Notes: generated by a model not told the origin, from the sequence alone. Positions 10,880 to 24,779 are shown, counted from the first letter of the stretch. The stretch: DNA of 64,000 bases from Camelus dromedarius (GCF_036321535.1 NC_087436.1:30196001-30260000), one strand, 5' to 3'. Program-made: numbers and translations.

Positions 10880-12340
10880 AAATGTAATTGGCAAACTGCT
10901 TTGAAAAATAGCAAGAATGTTACTTGCCCTACACAATATCAAAGCACTGTAAGTCAGTCACGATGAAAACACTCTGATGTTGGTCAGGGATATAGATATA
11001 TCGATAAACAAAATAATCCAAAAAGAGATTCAAATAGTGAAGTCGGCTTATGGATATTTGATATTTCAAATATAGAGGAAGATAGACAATTTAGTAAACA
11101 CTTGCAGGCTATTTTGATATCCATTTTAGAAAAAAAACGAAGTCTCTACCTAACATTATACTCAAACTGAACTAAAGGCAACTTCTTTATTTTTTATTTT
11201 TTAGTTGTCATATAGTCAGTTTACAATGTGTCAACTTCTGGCATGCAGCATAATGTTTCAGTCATACATATACATACAGATATTCCTTTTCATATTCTAT
11301 ATTCATTTTCATATTCTTTATTATGTTTTATTATTTTTAAAAGTTTTACTGTAGTATACTCAGTTTATGATGTATCAAAAGGCACTTCTAATGTAAATGT
11401 TTAAAAACACTTTAAAATAACTATGGAAAAATCAGGAGACTATTTTAAAAATCATGTTGAATATTGGAGATCTTGGGAAAATTTCCCAAGATCAAGGGAA
11501 AACTTCAGGATACCTAAAGAAAAGATGACATATTTCAGTATATATAATACAAAACTCAAGAAAAACAAAAGATAGTATATATCAGGTAAAAAATCAAGTG
11601 ACAGATTGGATATGTAGTATTTTCAATATGTGTAACCAAGGAGTTCTTAAAATTAAGAAAATAAAATTACTAATAGGAAAATAAGTAAATGATTATGAAC
11701 AAAATGTGACAAACATACACAAGAAATACAAATTGTTAGTTAACATATAAAGTGATTGGTTTTACTAGTAATTAGGAATGTGAAACTTGGAAAAATAAAA
11801 CTCCATCCCTGCAATTTGGCAAGCATTTAAAAGATTGTTAAATCTAGAATTAGAGAAAATGGGGGATAAAGACACTCTTTTAATAGCAGTGGGATTGTGA
11901 ATTGATGGCTAAATTGTTTTTTTTTTCTTTTGGAGATAGCTTTGTTTATTTTTACCAACAATTTTTAAAGTCTATAAACTCAACTAAGCAGAAAAAAATA
12001 GCATTTGTACATAAATGAGTATATAAAAAATGATTGTAAAAACAAATTTCTGAAACAATCTTATTATCCATCAAAAGTGAGTAATTTATTTAAACATTGG
12101 TACATTCATGATATGAAAGTCCATCTAATGTGTGTATATTTAGAAGCAGTGATATGGGGAGACCTCAACTATACACTGATGAATGGGAATAAGACGTTGT
12201 AGAACATGCACAGAGGTATTTCATTAAAAACATCGCAACACGTGTGTCTCTGAATGTGTCTGCATGAGTAGTAAATGCATAGAAAATTATGTCAAGTGAA
12301 AATGCAAGGGAAGAAATTTTTGCATTGCTGTTGCTTAAGT
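10880..12340 (+). mobile_element. Old L1 (L1ME/MC-like), ORF2 3' part and 3' UTR, degenerate
   Basis: ACTTGCCCTACACAATATCAAAG; TTTGGCAAGCATTTAAAAGATTG; GTGGGATTGTGAATTGATG; A-rich composition. Confidence 0.75.
11186..11377 (-). mobile_element. Short camelid-type L1 3' tail(s) inserted in old L1
   Basis: T-rich tail then TATAGTCAGTTTACAATGTGTCAACTTCTGGCATGCAGCATAATGTTTCAGTCATAC; near-TSD AAAGGCAACTTC/AAAGGCACTTC. Confidence 0.85.
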
Positions 12341-14349
12341 TGTGATTAATTTCCATAATCACTCCCTCCATGTGCAGTTACATATTTTTGGTCTATCAAA
12401 GAAAATCTACAAATTTAATTTGTGCACTTCTGTAAGAAGTTTCTAGACATTTTCTAACAATTTCTAAACACTGAGGTTTTACTCCGTGACAGGCATTATA
12501 TTGAGAGTTAAATTTTAATCCTCATCATTCCCCATGAAATATATTCCACAATTCAGATTATACAAATAAGAAACAGAAGATGATGAAATAATACATCTAA
12601 AGCCACACTACTACTATCGATATTCAGCATTAAGCTTTGTCTGGTTTCAAAGAGAACCCGACAAGTGCACTTGATGTTGCCTCTTAAAACACCTGTGCCC
12701 AACTTTGTTTTCTGTTCCACCTCTGTCTTGCACACTGTTTGAAAATAGCAAACCCAAAAATATGGAATTCAGTTGATGAATTGTAAAAAACAAAAAAGAG
12801 TTAGTAAATACTTTCAGAATAATGTCTTAGAGGCTGTTCAATTTTATTTTGAATAAACAACTTACTTGAGAATATATGAAGCCCATTATCAGTTATACAG
12901 GTTCACACAGACACAAGCACCACCACCACACTTCTACCAAATGGGGTCATTTCAAGTGTCACTATTTATAGTGTCTATTTTCATCATTGTTCTTACCGTG
13001 CACATGAAATATCAATGAGTAAATACATAGATAAATATAAATACTTAACTGTTACATTTAATCTCCCTTGAATCAGCATCAGTCACTAAAACCCTCATAT
13101 ATAATTGGAATTAACCCTTAAATTTGTATGTGTGTCTCTTTTCCAGGTATATATAAGTATTTACAGTCTCCTGGATTATTTTGGGCTTAAGACTTACATT
13201 TTTTTACATATCAGAGTTGTCTGCTTTTAGAAAAAAATACTCAGTAGGTAGTGACTGAGTTTTTGTACCCAATCTTTCTCTTCCTTTTCTGCTTACATTT
13301 TCCCCCCAAGTAAACTCTCTTTTTGTTCCATCCATCTCTTTTTGTTTAAATTTCTTTATGTCCAAATAGTCCTCCCTCACATTCTGCTTCCAGGCCAGAA
13401 TACTCAACATATCAAGAAAGCATACACTTGCTATTTCTCACCCAGTAGTTTAGCAGACGCTAGGACTTGCACAATGCAATTCAATCTCACTACCTTCGTG
13501 ATTTCCCTGTGTGGTGGAAGTGACACCTTCCTTCATTTCAGGTAACTAATATTCACTTTACATCCATTATGGTACTCGTATGATGTACCGTATTACCATT
13601 TCCTGCTGGGATAAAAATGATGCATAGTGAACATATTTTTAAACTGTTATGGGCATTCAGAAGTTTCAAGAGTTAGTACTGGATAGAATTTTTAAGTGTA
13701 GTTGACTTTATCATTATGTCTAATATAAATCTTTACTTTTTTGGTAAGATTACATATATCTTTAGTGTAATGTGTACTTTTTGTTAAGGAAAATGTACTT
13801 TTTGTTAAGGGTAAGTCTGAAAGGCACTGGCTAAAATATCTATATTGTAGTGCATCTGAATTTGTTATCATCTGCATTATCTCTTATGAAGAAATCTTGA
13901 AGTATACAAAGATTAGAACAGAAGGGATAAATACCATTTTAAAAATATTTAGATTCTCCACTCACTAGCCCTTCTGTATTTTCCTTGCTGGCCTTGGTCT
14001 TACTATTTTCCTCCTCTCAAACACTCAAAATCACATTTACAGACTCACACACAGGCACAGCAAAGCAATATGCTTTAATGAGAGTATATATACATGTCCA
14101 TATATAAATACATATGTGTTCTTGTTAACTCTCTAAAGCTCTAGCCATTAAGTGGGAGCCTAATTATGCTAGAAACACAAAATATATCAAATTATAGGGA
14201 ACCAGTTGAGTTATTGAGAAAGATGGTTTTCATTTAACATTCATTAACTGATTCTGTAATTGCAGTGTTTAAGTACAACCTTTAGGCTTTGCATTCTGTA
14301 AGTTTTTGCCTGTGAATCCCATTCACACACACTCCAGCTCCTCTTACCT

Positions 14350-14500
14350 TAGAACGCTGTAATGAAAAGACCTTGGACTATGAAGACAGCATAGACCTTG
14401 TCTGTGGTTGAACTCTGCCTCCTGCTAGCTGTGTGATACTATGTAAGTTACGGAATGTTGACTGGTCCTCAGTTACTCCTTTTTCTAACAACCAAAACAT
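14350..14500 (+). mobile_element. MIR SINE
   Basis: CTCTGCCTCCTGCTAGCTGTGTGATACTATGTAAGTTAC...CCTCAGTTACTCC. Confidence 0.75.
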
Positions 14501-14714
14501 TGTATCATATAACCAGCTACAGAATTTTAGCATACTGTACAATAAAAGCTGCTTTGCTTTCTCTACTTATGTATTCATTCAGCTTTTTAGACGTAGTAGT
14601 AGCAGACATTTCTTCCACATATCTGATTGGCTGAAGAGAAATCTGAAGGAGAGATGAGGATTTTGGAGGATTATACAACATTTATATGAACTTGTGTATT
14701 TATGAACTTATCTG

Positions 14715-14800
14715 TCCATTCATCCACTCAAAAACATATTGAGTGTGGATTACGTACTGTGCTAATTACTGTATATAGAAGATAGGAACAGTCTCGTCTT
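14715..14800 (-). mobile_element. L2 3' end fragment
   Basis: CATTCATCCACTCAAAAACATATTGAGTG...ACTGTGCTA. Confidence 0.55.
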
Positions 14801-15498
14801 CTTTCATCTGCCATGAAAAGTAGACACCAAGTTCAACTGAGTCTTTGAAGATAACTAAGTGACTTCAAAATTTGTGATAAACAATATGTTATAGTTTAAA
14901 GTGTTATCTTTTTATACATACAATGTATTTGAAACTAAATGAATCCGTATTATCCTTTGACATCATTAAATTATATACTTATATTAAAATATAGCTATAT
15001 CACATTAAATTTTCATTTGTAATGGGTTTAGAAAACAAAGGGATTCAATTTTAAAACATCAAAAATAGGTATCTATTATTTTTGATAGAGAAATAGGTAA
15101 GTGGAAATTGCCAAACTGATTGACACAGGTAAAGTTTTCATGTAACTTTTTGAATTTGTAATTTCTATGCCTGTATTAGGTCTTTTTAAAAAATGTCTAA
15201 ACAAGAATAAACATTCCATTCATGTACCCATCTGATGTCTGGAAAGCCCTTCAGATGGGGTGTTTGTGCAGTAACAGAATCTCACTCAGTTACATGCTTT
15301 TGACATTTTCTCAATCACAATGACATACTACTACATACACATAGACACACACACACCTAATCCTGATTTTAAAAATTAAAAGCAATGAATTGTATCAAGT
15401 TTATTTCCCATAAGTGGTTAAAGACTAAGTTAGCATTTGTAGCACTTAAAGTTTTTATAATACTTATAACATTATAAGTGAATAGCTGAAACCAGGAC

Positions 15499-15500
<2 letters not shown>

Positions 15501-15550
<50 letters not shown>
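15501..15550. repeat. (AC)25 microsatellite
   Basis: Perfect AC run. Confidence 0.98.
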
Positions 15551-15554
<4 letters not shown>

Positions 15555-16072
15555 TTTGCAAGAATCTACCTAGATGTCTTTAACCAAAACTGGAAATATT
15601 TCTACTACAAGTACAACTTATGTTGCTATTGAGCAAGTTTTTATTGATGATCCAAACAGTCTCTGGTTTGTTTTTTGCTGCCATAGACAAGGTTATTTCT
15701 GAACAGAAAAATGGAGTTGTTATGTATCGCTGAAATAGCCTTCTTCTGAGGACATACATACATCCCCTGCCTCAAAAACCTATTATTAGCATGAGCATAA
15801 CTAATGGTTGGACTATCATATCTGGGTCAGTAATAATCTTTGAATTATTGTTATATTGACTTATATTGTGAAGCACGTATCAGAGACTAAGTGCTTTTGT
15901 TCACCGTCAGGTGTGAGAAGGTTAGAAGGTTGGAGAGTGGCGATTGAGAGTTGGTTGGAGGGGGTGGTATTCAGATGTTACAGATACTTCAAAGTCATGA
16001 TTTCAGAACAACTAAAACCAAGGCATTGTAATTTAACACAATCTAGGTCTTCCTTTCCATTGTTGGTTTAAA

Positions 16073-16112
16073 ACACACACACACACACACATACGCAAAC
16101 ACACACATACAC
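16073..16112. repeat. Imperfect (AC)n microsatellite
   Basis: Read directly. Confidence 0.85.
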
Positions 16113-16495
16113 AATACTGAGGTAACTTTCACTTCTTTGATCTAATTGAATCAATATAGCCTTTACAATTTCTTCTTCTCTACCATAACTTTTGTTTCAA
16201 TTGCAACAAACCAACCAATATAAAGCTGTCATTCAGCATTCATAATATAGTTTTAGATGAATCAGCATTGCTATTATTCCAAGTTAGCAAGTAAAAATAG
16301 TAACAGATAATCAATTACTGTGGTTGAGTGTGCCCACCCTATTTCACTGCCGTCTTGTCTATGGTAGGAATCTTGCCCATACTTCAGTGTGTAGAAAGAT
16401 TTCCAACAGGATTTGTGTAACTTATGCTTTAAAATTAGATAAGTTTATCATTAAAGAACTTGTATATCTGGATAGTAAATTTGGTGGCAGTAAAG

Positions 16496-16845
16496 TGTGA
16501 AAGACAAAAATCCATGGGACAATAAAGGAGATGACTTTATTCAGACTACTGCAGTAAGGAGAATGTTCATTACGAACAGTGTCTTCAAGAAAAGGAGAGT
16601 AACCTGGAGTTTTCTAGAGGCAGGTAAACAAGGGAGTCATCATTGAGTCTTACAAGAGTCATAAGGAAGGATGGAGACTGGTCTTAATCTAGTCACTAAG
16701 GGAAGGTGAAGGCAGGTCTTCTGTGATATGAGAGAGCCGGATGGCCTTTCTGCAGTTAGCTGTTCCTGGGATCACATTAGGATGAGATTTCTCAACCATC
16801 ACTGTCTTCTGGGAGTACAAGACTCAAATCAAATTCAACTTGTCA
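16496..16845 (-). mobile_element. ERV1 LTR, MER101-like (3' LTR of a minus-strand provirus)
   Basis: TG...CA ends; minus strand starts TGACAAGTTGAATTTGATTTGAGTCTTGTACTCCCAGAAGACAGTGATGGTTGAGAAATC; AATAAA near its 3' end; preceded on minus by a purine tract. Confidence 0.75.
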
Positions 16846-18650
16846 ATTTCTTTTTTTTTTTTAATTAAGAGAATAAATATAATTTGTCACTGAACAGGTC
16901 AGAGGCAAAATTTAACCTCTGGAGTAAAGTGAAACAGGATTTAAGACAGTTTCTGGAGGATTCTTGTTGGAGTTTGTCCCATAACACTAGTTGGATCATC
17001 AGTTAAATGGTGGTGGTAAAGCCCAGGGGTTTTTGTTTTGTTTTGCTTGTTTGTTTTTTTTTTTTTTAGGGTCTTGGAGATCAGGCATCTAAATGAAAAA
17101 AGAGAAATATAAACATAAGAAGTCGTATTAGAGTTCTGGAGTTACCGGAAGATTCTTGCATCGTGCATTTAAAGAGCTCTATAAAGGGAAACCTTTCAAT
17201 TATGCAGCACCACTGCTGGAGTTTCTTGAAGGTCTCAAGCTAGGATGTCAGGCTCCTGGTGCTATTGTCCAAAGTTTTGTGTATTTCTTACATAAGGACC
17301 TACATGTTCCAAACATTTCATCAGACTTTCTTAGTGACCCACATAGCAGTCCATTGAAAAAGTGGCCCATCCATAGCTTGCTTTTGGGGCAAGTCCTGTG
17401 GTAGAATTCGTTGAGTTTCATTCAGTTCACAGAGCTTGATTACATCCATAGGATAAAAGGGCAAGCTGCAAGGAAACCTAGAGTCCAAATGGGGAGCTGA
17501 GAAGTCAGCTTTTAGTTCTCAGTGATGCTGAGTCAGGCACAAGGAAGAAAAATTGGAAAAGTAAGGTTGGAGAGATGTGTGTAGCCAAAGAATTGAAAAT
17601 TTGGTAAGGATGAACAATTTGGGCAAGGTAACAGGGTCTTGTAGTAAGGTAACAAAATTGTGTTTTTTTCCTAAGGAAGGAGGGAAATCAGTCAATTGAA
17701 TTTTATCCAGCTAAGACAGAATTTCCATATCCATCAGTTACTTGTAATTTACAAAAAGGCACGAAACTGCTTAAAGACTATAAATGCGGTTTCAATCTGA
17801 TAACTGGGAAGGCTGCACTATAGAAGATCTATATTTTCCATTTTTTGCAAAATTTCACACTACAATTACCCTTCTTTTGAACAAAAAAAATCTCAGATTG
17901 TTCTTTACTATAAAATAAGACTGGTGTCATTAGATTTGGGTTAGAATGATAATTTACTCTATAGCTATTCATAAGTTTATTTCACTGGAAGATTTCATAA
18001 GGAACATCAGACTGGACTTTTAAAACCATCTTGAGGCTAGGAAACCAAGCTGTAAGCTTTCCATCAGATCTCACCAGTAGTGCCTATAAGTCTGGGCAAA
18101 TTTCTCTCTCTTCGATAACCCTAAAATATGGTAAATTTCTTGGACTTGCCAAAAAAATGATCTTTTTCACTCACCTGAAAGACTGAAAACTCTAAGTCAG
18201 ATACCAGGCCAATTTTCCCAAAAGGACTTTGTAAGCATTGACTCCATAAAGTTAAATGTAGTTTCTTAAAAGTGTTGGCTCATATCAGAGTATATTAGCA
18301 TTATTCTCAAGTATGGCATTCAAAGCAAGGACTTGGTTACATAAACAATGTTTCCAATTATATCCTTGTATAAAGGAGAATAGATTCTTACTGAACTTAC
18401 GTAAATAATTATATTGCCGTGAAAATAGCAATACAGAATAAGGGTTTCCAAAATCCAGGAGTGTCATACAAGGAGAAAAAAATATATCTTACAAATCCTT
18501 CATTTCTGTTTTAAAAAGCATATTTTACTTAAATATTGTTATATATTGCTTAAGAGAAAAGAAGAGGTTTCTTCTAGAAAATATAACATGAAAATATCAA
18601 CAGTATACCAAACAAAAACCACAATCATGTGTCATCAGTTTATTCAAAAT
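16846..18650 (-). mobile_element. ERV1 non-autonomous internal region (MER4-int/MER101-int group)
   Basis: TTGAGGCTAGGAAACCAAG; AGATTCTTACTGAACTTACGTAAATAATTATATTGCC; GTTTCCAAAATCCAGGAG are typical MER4-group internal motifs; contiguous with the LTR. Confidence 0.75.
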
Positions 18651-18999
18651 TACTGCAGATGTCAATAAAATAGTGTGCTTTTTCCAGTTTGTTGCTTCAT
18701 TTTGGTTTAGCATATTGTGATTTCAGAGATTGAATACTACAAAAGGCATTTTACTAATGCCTTAGTAATCCATTTGCTCAAATTATATTAATTTAATGTT
18801 CAGTAGTAAAATAAATGGAAATCTTTAGCATGATCAGCACATTGGTATTGTTTAGACTAAAGTACAATTTGCCTAAGAAAATAAGAATTGCAGGAAAAAA
18901 TACTATACATTCTGGTTTAATTAGCAGTCCCCTGTTATTTGAATGCCAGAAGCTGTTTTTAGTGCTTCAATTTACATATCTTTATGTGAACTCTGTGCT

Positions 19000-19202
19000 T
19001 TTATAAGGCAAGAAATTGGTGGCATCAGAGAACCCCATCTCCACCTTGACCGTCTGAGCTGTCTATCAGCAGTGATCAGGAGGAGAGCTGGCGCCCTGAT
19101 CTCAGACTTCCAGCCTCCAGAAACTTGATAAATAGAATCCTGTTGTTTATAAGCCACACAATCTGCAATGTCTTTTTACAGAAACCCAAAGGGATTAAGA
19201 CA
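19000..19202 (+). mobile_element. MLT1A-like MaLR LTR 3' fragment
   Basis: GCTGGCGCCCTGATCTCAGACTTCCAGCCTCCAGAA...CTGTTGTTTATAAGCCAC...TAAGACA. Confidence 0.85.
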
Positions 19203-19695
19203 GATAATCTTATTACTTGAATATAATGCATATCTTTAAATATGTTACAATTACCTAATTGTGGAATAAGACACCTAAAAATATATCTTTCTTGCCAATG
19301 AACCCTTTAAACACAGCTCTTTAAGGACAAAATATTCAATGATATTCAATATTTTCTGCATTTCCTAGGCTACTAAACTAGATAGGTAAAGTCTAGGTCC
19401 ATTTTAAAAATGAATCTAATAATTTGGTTAATTAATTTTAAAAGTATAATTTGATAAATTAAATCACTGCTTAAAATATTACTTAAGCCTTTATTAAGTA
19501 AATGCCTGAAAATATGAAATAATGATGATATATTTCCTTTCAAATCAATAAGGTTTTTTATTTGGTGTTTGTTGGTATGTTTATCTAATTTGGAATTTTA
19601 CTCTATCAGAGGAAGAAAAATCTTTTTACCTCATTCTTACTTCTTCATTGGATTTTTTTTTTTCTTTCTCACAATGCTAAAATTTGTCTGAGCCC

Positions 19696-20165
19696 TGTGA
19701 TGGCTGACAAATCCCCCATCCTTTTGCCATCCAAGAAAGGGCTGCCCTGCTCTCGAAATGTCATTTTATTTGACATGTTTCACGGAAGGTTTTTCACCGT
19801 GGAAATCTCTAACCCTCTTTCCAGGTTGTTAACAGCTTGCTGGCTCCTTTTTCTCTTGCATTCTATTTGTCCATAGCCTTGAATCCTCCAATAAGAGGCC
19901 AAAAGAGTTGCTGTGTGTGACTTCCAGACCAGGGAATCACTGAGGTAAATGCCTTATCTTCCCTTTCCTTTTTTTTTTTCCTTGACTTGATGCAGATGAT
20001 GACGGACAGGGCAGAGTCAGTGGGAGAAGAGTCCTTGAATCACTTCCTGGAGGACAGCCACGCACCAGACAACTCACTGACTGGCACCGATTTGCATCAC
20101 TACATGAATACAAAATAAACCCGTTTTGTTAGACCGCTGAAAATGGCTACATCTGAACTGAAACA
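19696..20165 (+). mobile_element. Old MLT1 (H/I/J-like) MaLR LTR, degenerate
   Basis: GTGTGTGACTTCCAG; GAGTCCTTGAATCACTTCCTGGAGGACAGCC; AAATAAACCCGTTTTGTTAGACCGCTGA. Confidence 0.6.
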
Positions 20166-20959
20166 CTTCTCACATACACTAGTGACGAGAATGCTCGTTC
20201 TGTGCTACTGTGAATCCTCCCTTCCCTCTGATCCCGACTTACAACCCTGGACCAGGCATGCATATCTGACAACTTAAGATGTAGTATTTTCTCTCCAGTT
20301 GCATTCTATTGCAGTAGATTTCTTCACCACACATGCAACTCTAATCATCTTTTGGTATAAATCTGAGGGCCATCATAGATTAGGTAGAGTATTAAATATG
20401 ACTCCTCCAGGTTTCAAAGAACAGAGCTGTGTCGTATGCCTTTAAGTGATAGGCATTTTGGTTTGTAAGAATAAATGGAGACATAAGGAAGCATGAAACA
20501 CTAATTACCAGTTCTGTAATTAAACTTCTTGATAATTGGGCTATCATAAGTGTTTCACTAGCACTTCATCATTTTATTCTCTTAGAACTGCTCATAATTG
20601 CCCCACTCTAGTGCACTGGTACCCACCCGATCACATTCCATACATTCTAAAAGATTTTCTCTGTTGTAAGACCTAAAGGTATTAAAAACCTCTCAAAGAG
20701 ATGCTGATACCAGAGATCTAGGGCATCAATTTACACATTTTTTTTCAAGCCTACAGATCTTTGAGGGATCATGATTTCTACCTCAGTATACTGCTATACT
20801 GACCATTCTCACCCCTTCGCAACCCCTTTGTGCCTACAACTCATTAAGAAAGAGTCTGATTTGATCCATTAGTCACTACACGATATGGCATCTTTATTAT
20901 ATATTATTACCCGTTCTAAATTTTCAGAGATATTAGCTTAATTCTTCCTTAAAAAGCTT

Positions 20960-21100
20960 ATTCGAAGTTCATAATATTTTCTTTATTTTAGAGATGATAA
21001 AATTAAAATGAAAAGAAGTTAAATAACTTGCCCAAGATCACATAGCTAGTAAGTAATGAAGACAGGACAGAACTTAACACGCTACTTAATACTGTCTTTC
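20960..21100 (-). mobile_element. MIR SINE
   Basis: GAAGTTAAATAACTTGCCCAAGATCACATAGCTAGTAAGT. Confidence 0.85.
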
Positions 21101-22609
21101 ACACATCACCCTACTGACCACTGGGCAGATGAGGAAGGCTCTCTGGCTTAGGTGTCAATATCTGACTCAACTAGTGACGCACAGGATGGCAGTATCACCC
21201 AGTGCATGGCATGGGACTTGTTACGAAGTATGGATAGGATATTTTTTCTCAGAGGAAGATTTAGTATACCAGAATGATTCAAATTCTGCATGTTGTCGAG
21301 GTCCAACATCAAACATATCAGTTGTCTCTCTCTCTGTCTCTCTGTCTCCTCCTGTCCCTCCCAGCCTCCTCCCTCCTCCATCCTTACCTTGTCTCTGCCT
21401 TACTTTAATGATCTTCACATCTACATCCTCACTATGAATACACATATATTATTTAAGTAAGCACATGTTTTATAATATAATAATTATGACAGATAATGAT
21501 AACTACTTCCTCTTTTCTTTTAAATTTTAAGAATATTGACACCAAAGGAATTAATTTAAATTTGCAAACTTGTCATTATACTATATTGATAGTACCAATA
21601 TAGAGTCCAGTATTACACTATAATTGAGAATCATAAAACTTTACAGAAATGCTATATTGCAAATACTTCTAAATAAAAAATAAAGAATAAGTTAGAAGAG
21701 GTTTTGGATTTTTAGAAGACGAGACAGACAAAAAATAACTTGCTCACGCTTTATGTGAACATATATTACTTAGGCTATTTTCCACTTGCCACTTTTTAAA
21801 AATCCAAACTATTGCTACAGATGTGTGAATTGATAGCTAGTATTTAATATTAAAAAGATCTGTAATTTGTCACATATATTTGTGTTGCACCCTGTCAGAA
21901 GCCAACAAGATATTCTCCAGTTTGACACATCAGAAATGCAATTTAATTCTGTCAAAAGAAGTACAAAGAGGAGATAGCTATTTTTTGTTTCACAGTATGA
22001 ACAATATAGAAGTTGCTTTTTTAGTTGTTTAAGTCAAATAATTTTATTAACTGAAAGCATGAAATGCTGGGCAAAAAATTACAGTGACAGATTATTTTAG
22101 TCTTCCAATATTCTATGCTATATGCTTGGAATCTTCAGTGAGTTTTTCACTTCAGTAAAAAACAGATTTATAAGTGTGAATTAATAGTGTCTCAATTTTC
22201 TATCACATCACTGGATTAGCTGATGTTAACAATTAAGTAGTAGTAGTATGTGATTATTATATTTTAAAATAATAAAATATATATCATAAATACCAATTTC
22301 TGGATTTTGAAGTCAAAACAGATTTTACTGAAGTCTTCCATTACTGCTGTACTAGTAAAGCTAAACTTGGTAAGCAATTTCCTGGAGCTTTTAGAAGTAG
22401 GAGAGAAATATCAAAGAAAACCCCTTCTGTGCATAATCATAGTTTACAGTTTGATTACAACATTGGGACATATTTTGAGAGATCGCTGTTTCTCCCAAGT
22501 CATCAACCTTTGATATTGGTTAAGATGGACCAATATGTGCTATCATGATATAGCAGTTTCCCTGCTGAACTTCTGAATCTGTTCAGGATATCTTCTTTTT
22601 TAAGGGTTT

Positions 22610-22670
22610 AAAATTTAACATGGTTCCTGGCATATAGTTGGCATTCAATATGTACTTGTAAATAAATTCT
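22610..22670 (+). mobile_element. L2 3' terminus
   Basis: CCTGGCATATAGTTGGCATTCAATATGTACTTGTAAATAAAT. Confidence 0.6.
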
Positions 22671-23171
22671 TTAAATATTTTGCTTATATCACTAAATTAT
22701 AACTCTCCAATGGATTGTACTTTGTCCATACTGATTTATTATTAATATGTGTTTCAAGTTTGAGGGGAAACTTTTAAAAGATGAGAATTGAATTACCCAT
22801 TGATTCTATAATGGGCATCTTACTACTGATTTATCTAGTGAACTATTCATTTATGCTCTGATATGTCTAGAAGGGTACATGTTCAAATTTTTAACTTTAA
22901 TAAATTAATTTAAAATTGTATCCTTTCTGACATACTTCCATATTATCTGTCATTAACACCATTGTGATTCTGAAATGTTTGCTTGTTTGTTTTCATTTAC
23001 TCTAGGAGAATGGAAAGATGAAAAGGAATGCAAATTTACTGACTGGTTTATGGGGTTTCAGAACGTAGCCATTACTTTACGTATGTTATTGCACTATCTC
23101 TTATGGTCCTAAAAGTCACTGCTCTTATTTGTCCTTTTTCTGAAAAATTAAATTAACCAACATGGCTTAAC

Positions 23172-23410
23172 GAGGGAGGCAGTCTATTGCCAAATGCACA
23201 AAGACTTTGGAATCAGTAAATATTATTTACAAACTCTAGCCCCCAAATTTCAAAACTGACCTTGGGTATATTATTTATTGGAATGTCAATTTTTCCTTCT
23301 ATAAAATTAGAATATTAATAATCAAGGTTTAATATTGTTGTGGGAATTGAGTGAGATTAGTCATAGGAAAAGCTTATCATAGTGCTTGATATAAGTGTTC
23401 AATATTTGGT
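23172..23410 (+). mobile_element. MIR SINE, near full length
   Basis: GAGGCAG...GACTTTGGAATCAG...TGACCTTGGG...TTGTTGTGGGAATTGAGTGAGAT...AAGTGTTCAATA. Confidence 0.8.
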
Positions 23411-24779
23411 AAGAGAAAGAGAGATCGAGTAATTTGTAAAGCCCACAGAGCCTGGAGTGAGAGCAGGGACTTTCATCATTTGATGTTAGCCTCTTTCAAC
23501 TTAGCCTGTTAAATCTACACTGGGTTTAAGTTCTATAAAGAGTAAGAACTTAGACCTACAACTTTTTGTGTACCTGTTGAGACACGGTAGTTGATGTAGA
23601 ATATCTGTAAAAAGATACTAAAAGCTTATGTAAATAAGCAGATTCTAGAACAGTGCAGTAAAGCAGATATCTTTGTATCTCTTTAGATCCATGTAGATGT
23701 AATTCAGGTAGATAGATGTTAATTGTAAGAGTGTATTGAGACAGGCAAACAGTTTTCATTAGCAGAGTTGATGTCTCTAAGTATACTTTACATCTTCACT
23801 ATCGTGTCTGCCTGTCATTCCTATTAAAGTTCTCAAAATTGATTTCCCTTTCAATATTATTAGTACAAAAGACAACTAAATAGACCAGTGATTGTTTGTG
23901 ACCCATTGCAGTGCAGATTCAAAATGAATTCACAAAAGGACCCCGAATCAGGTATCTAAAGACCAAAAGAAATCCCAAATTCTATCATGTTCTTCAATAG
24001 AACACAAAATTTATATTGTAAATCTAACATCCCAGATACCAAGAATACATCAAGCAAAAAGGAAAGCAAAAGTTTCTTGGATTCTAGACATAGGAGTTGG
24101 GGCTGTAATTTTACATAAAACCCCATAAAAATATTGTGTGTACTCTGGCTTCACCTTTTTTTCTCTATGCTCTTGATGTGGATTCATTTTGTTTTTGAAC
24201 TTCTAGCATTTCTAGCCCTTCTGTGTTTTTTGAAGCCAATTTCCTATAGTAAATGTCCAGTGTTTGAAATATTTAGAATGGTTTTAATTTTCTTTATCTG
24301 ATTCATATGCATGTTTCAGATTCTCAAAACTCACAAGGAAGAGATATTTTCATTTCTAATTTATTTTGGATTTTATTAACTTTAATCCTAAAATACGTAT
24401 TTTCTTCCAAGGTATTCCAGTGACGTGCTTGTTTTCTGCTTCTAATGACTGCTATCCATACATACATATTATTATAGGATATGTAAACCAATTATTAGAT
24501 CATGGTGCTAATGAGACTTACATAAGCTCTAACTCTTCAATTTACAAAGTGAAATACTTAGTCTTCATGCTATATATAATCTCCCAAACATTAAAATACA
24601 AATAAAATCATGATATTAATCTAAGAGTCACCTAAATTGGAACAGAATCTTTGGCATTTTCATTTTTAATCATGAATATACATTTGCTTAGTGATAGCTA
24701 ACAAGTGCACCCTTTTTCCCCCATGGAATTAATGATTACCTGTGTCTCCAAACTGGAGGTTAAACAGCATGTCTTATCC

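Noticed and set aside
13525..13547. Polypyrimidine-CAG|GTAACT recursive-splice-like motif (similar AG|GT at ~9907 and ~13146)
   Set aside because: Short motifs expected by chance; no evidence that the window is a transcribed intron
13773..13810. 17-bp direct repeat TGTACTTTTTGTTAAGG twice
   Set aside because: Ordinary slippage duplication; two units only, not a CRISPR-like array
21160..21182. AP-1 (TGACTCA) next to a CRE-like half site
   Set aside because: Isolated short motifs without supporting context
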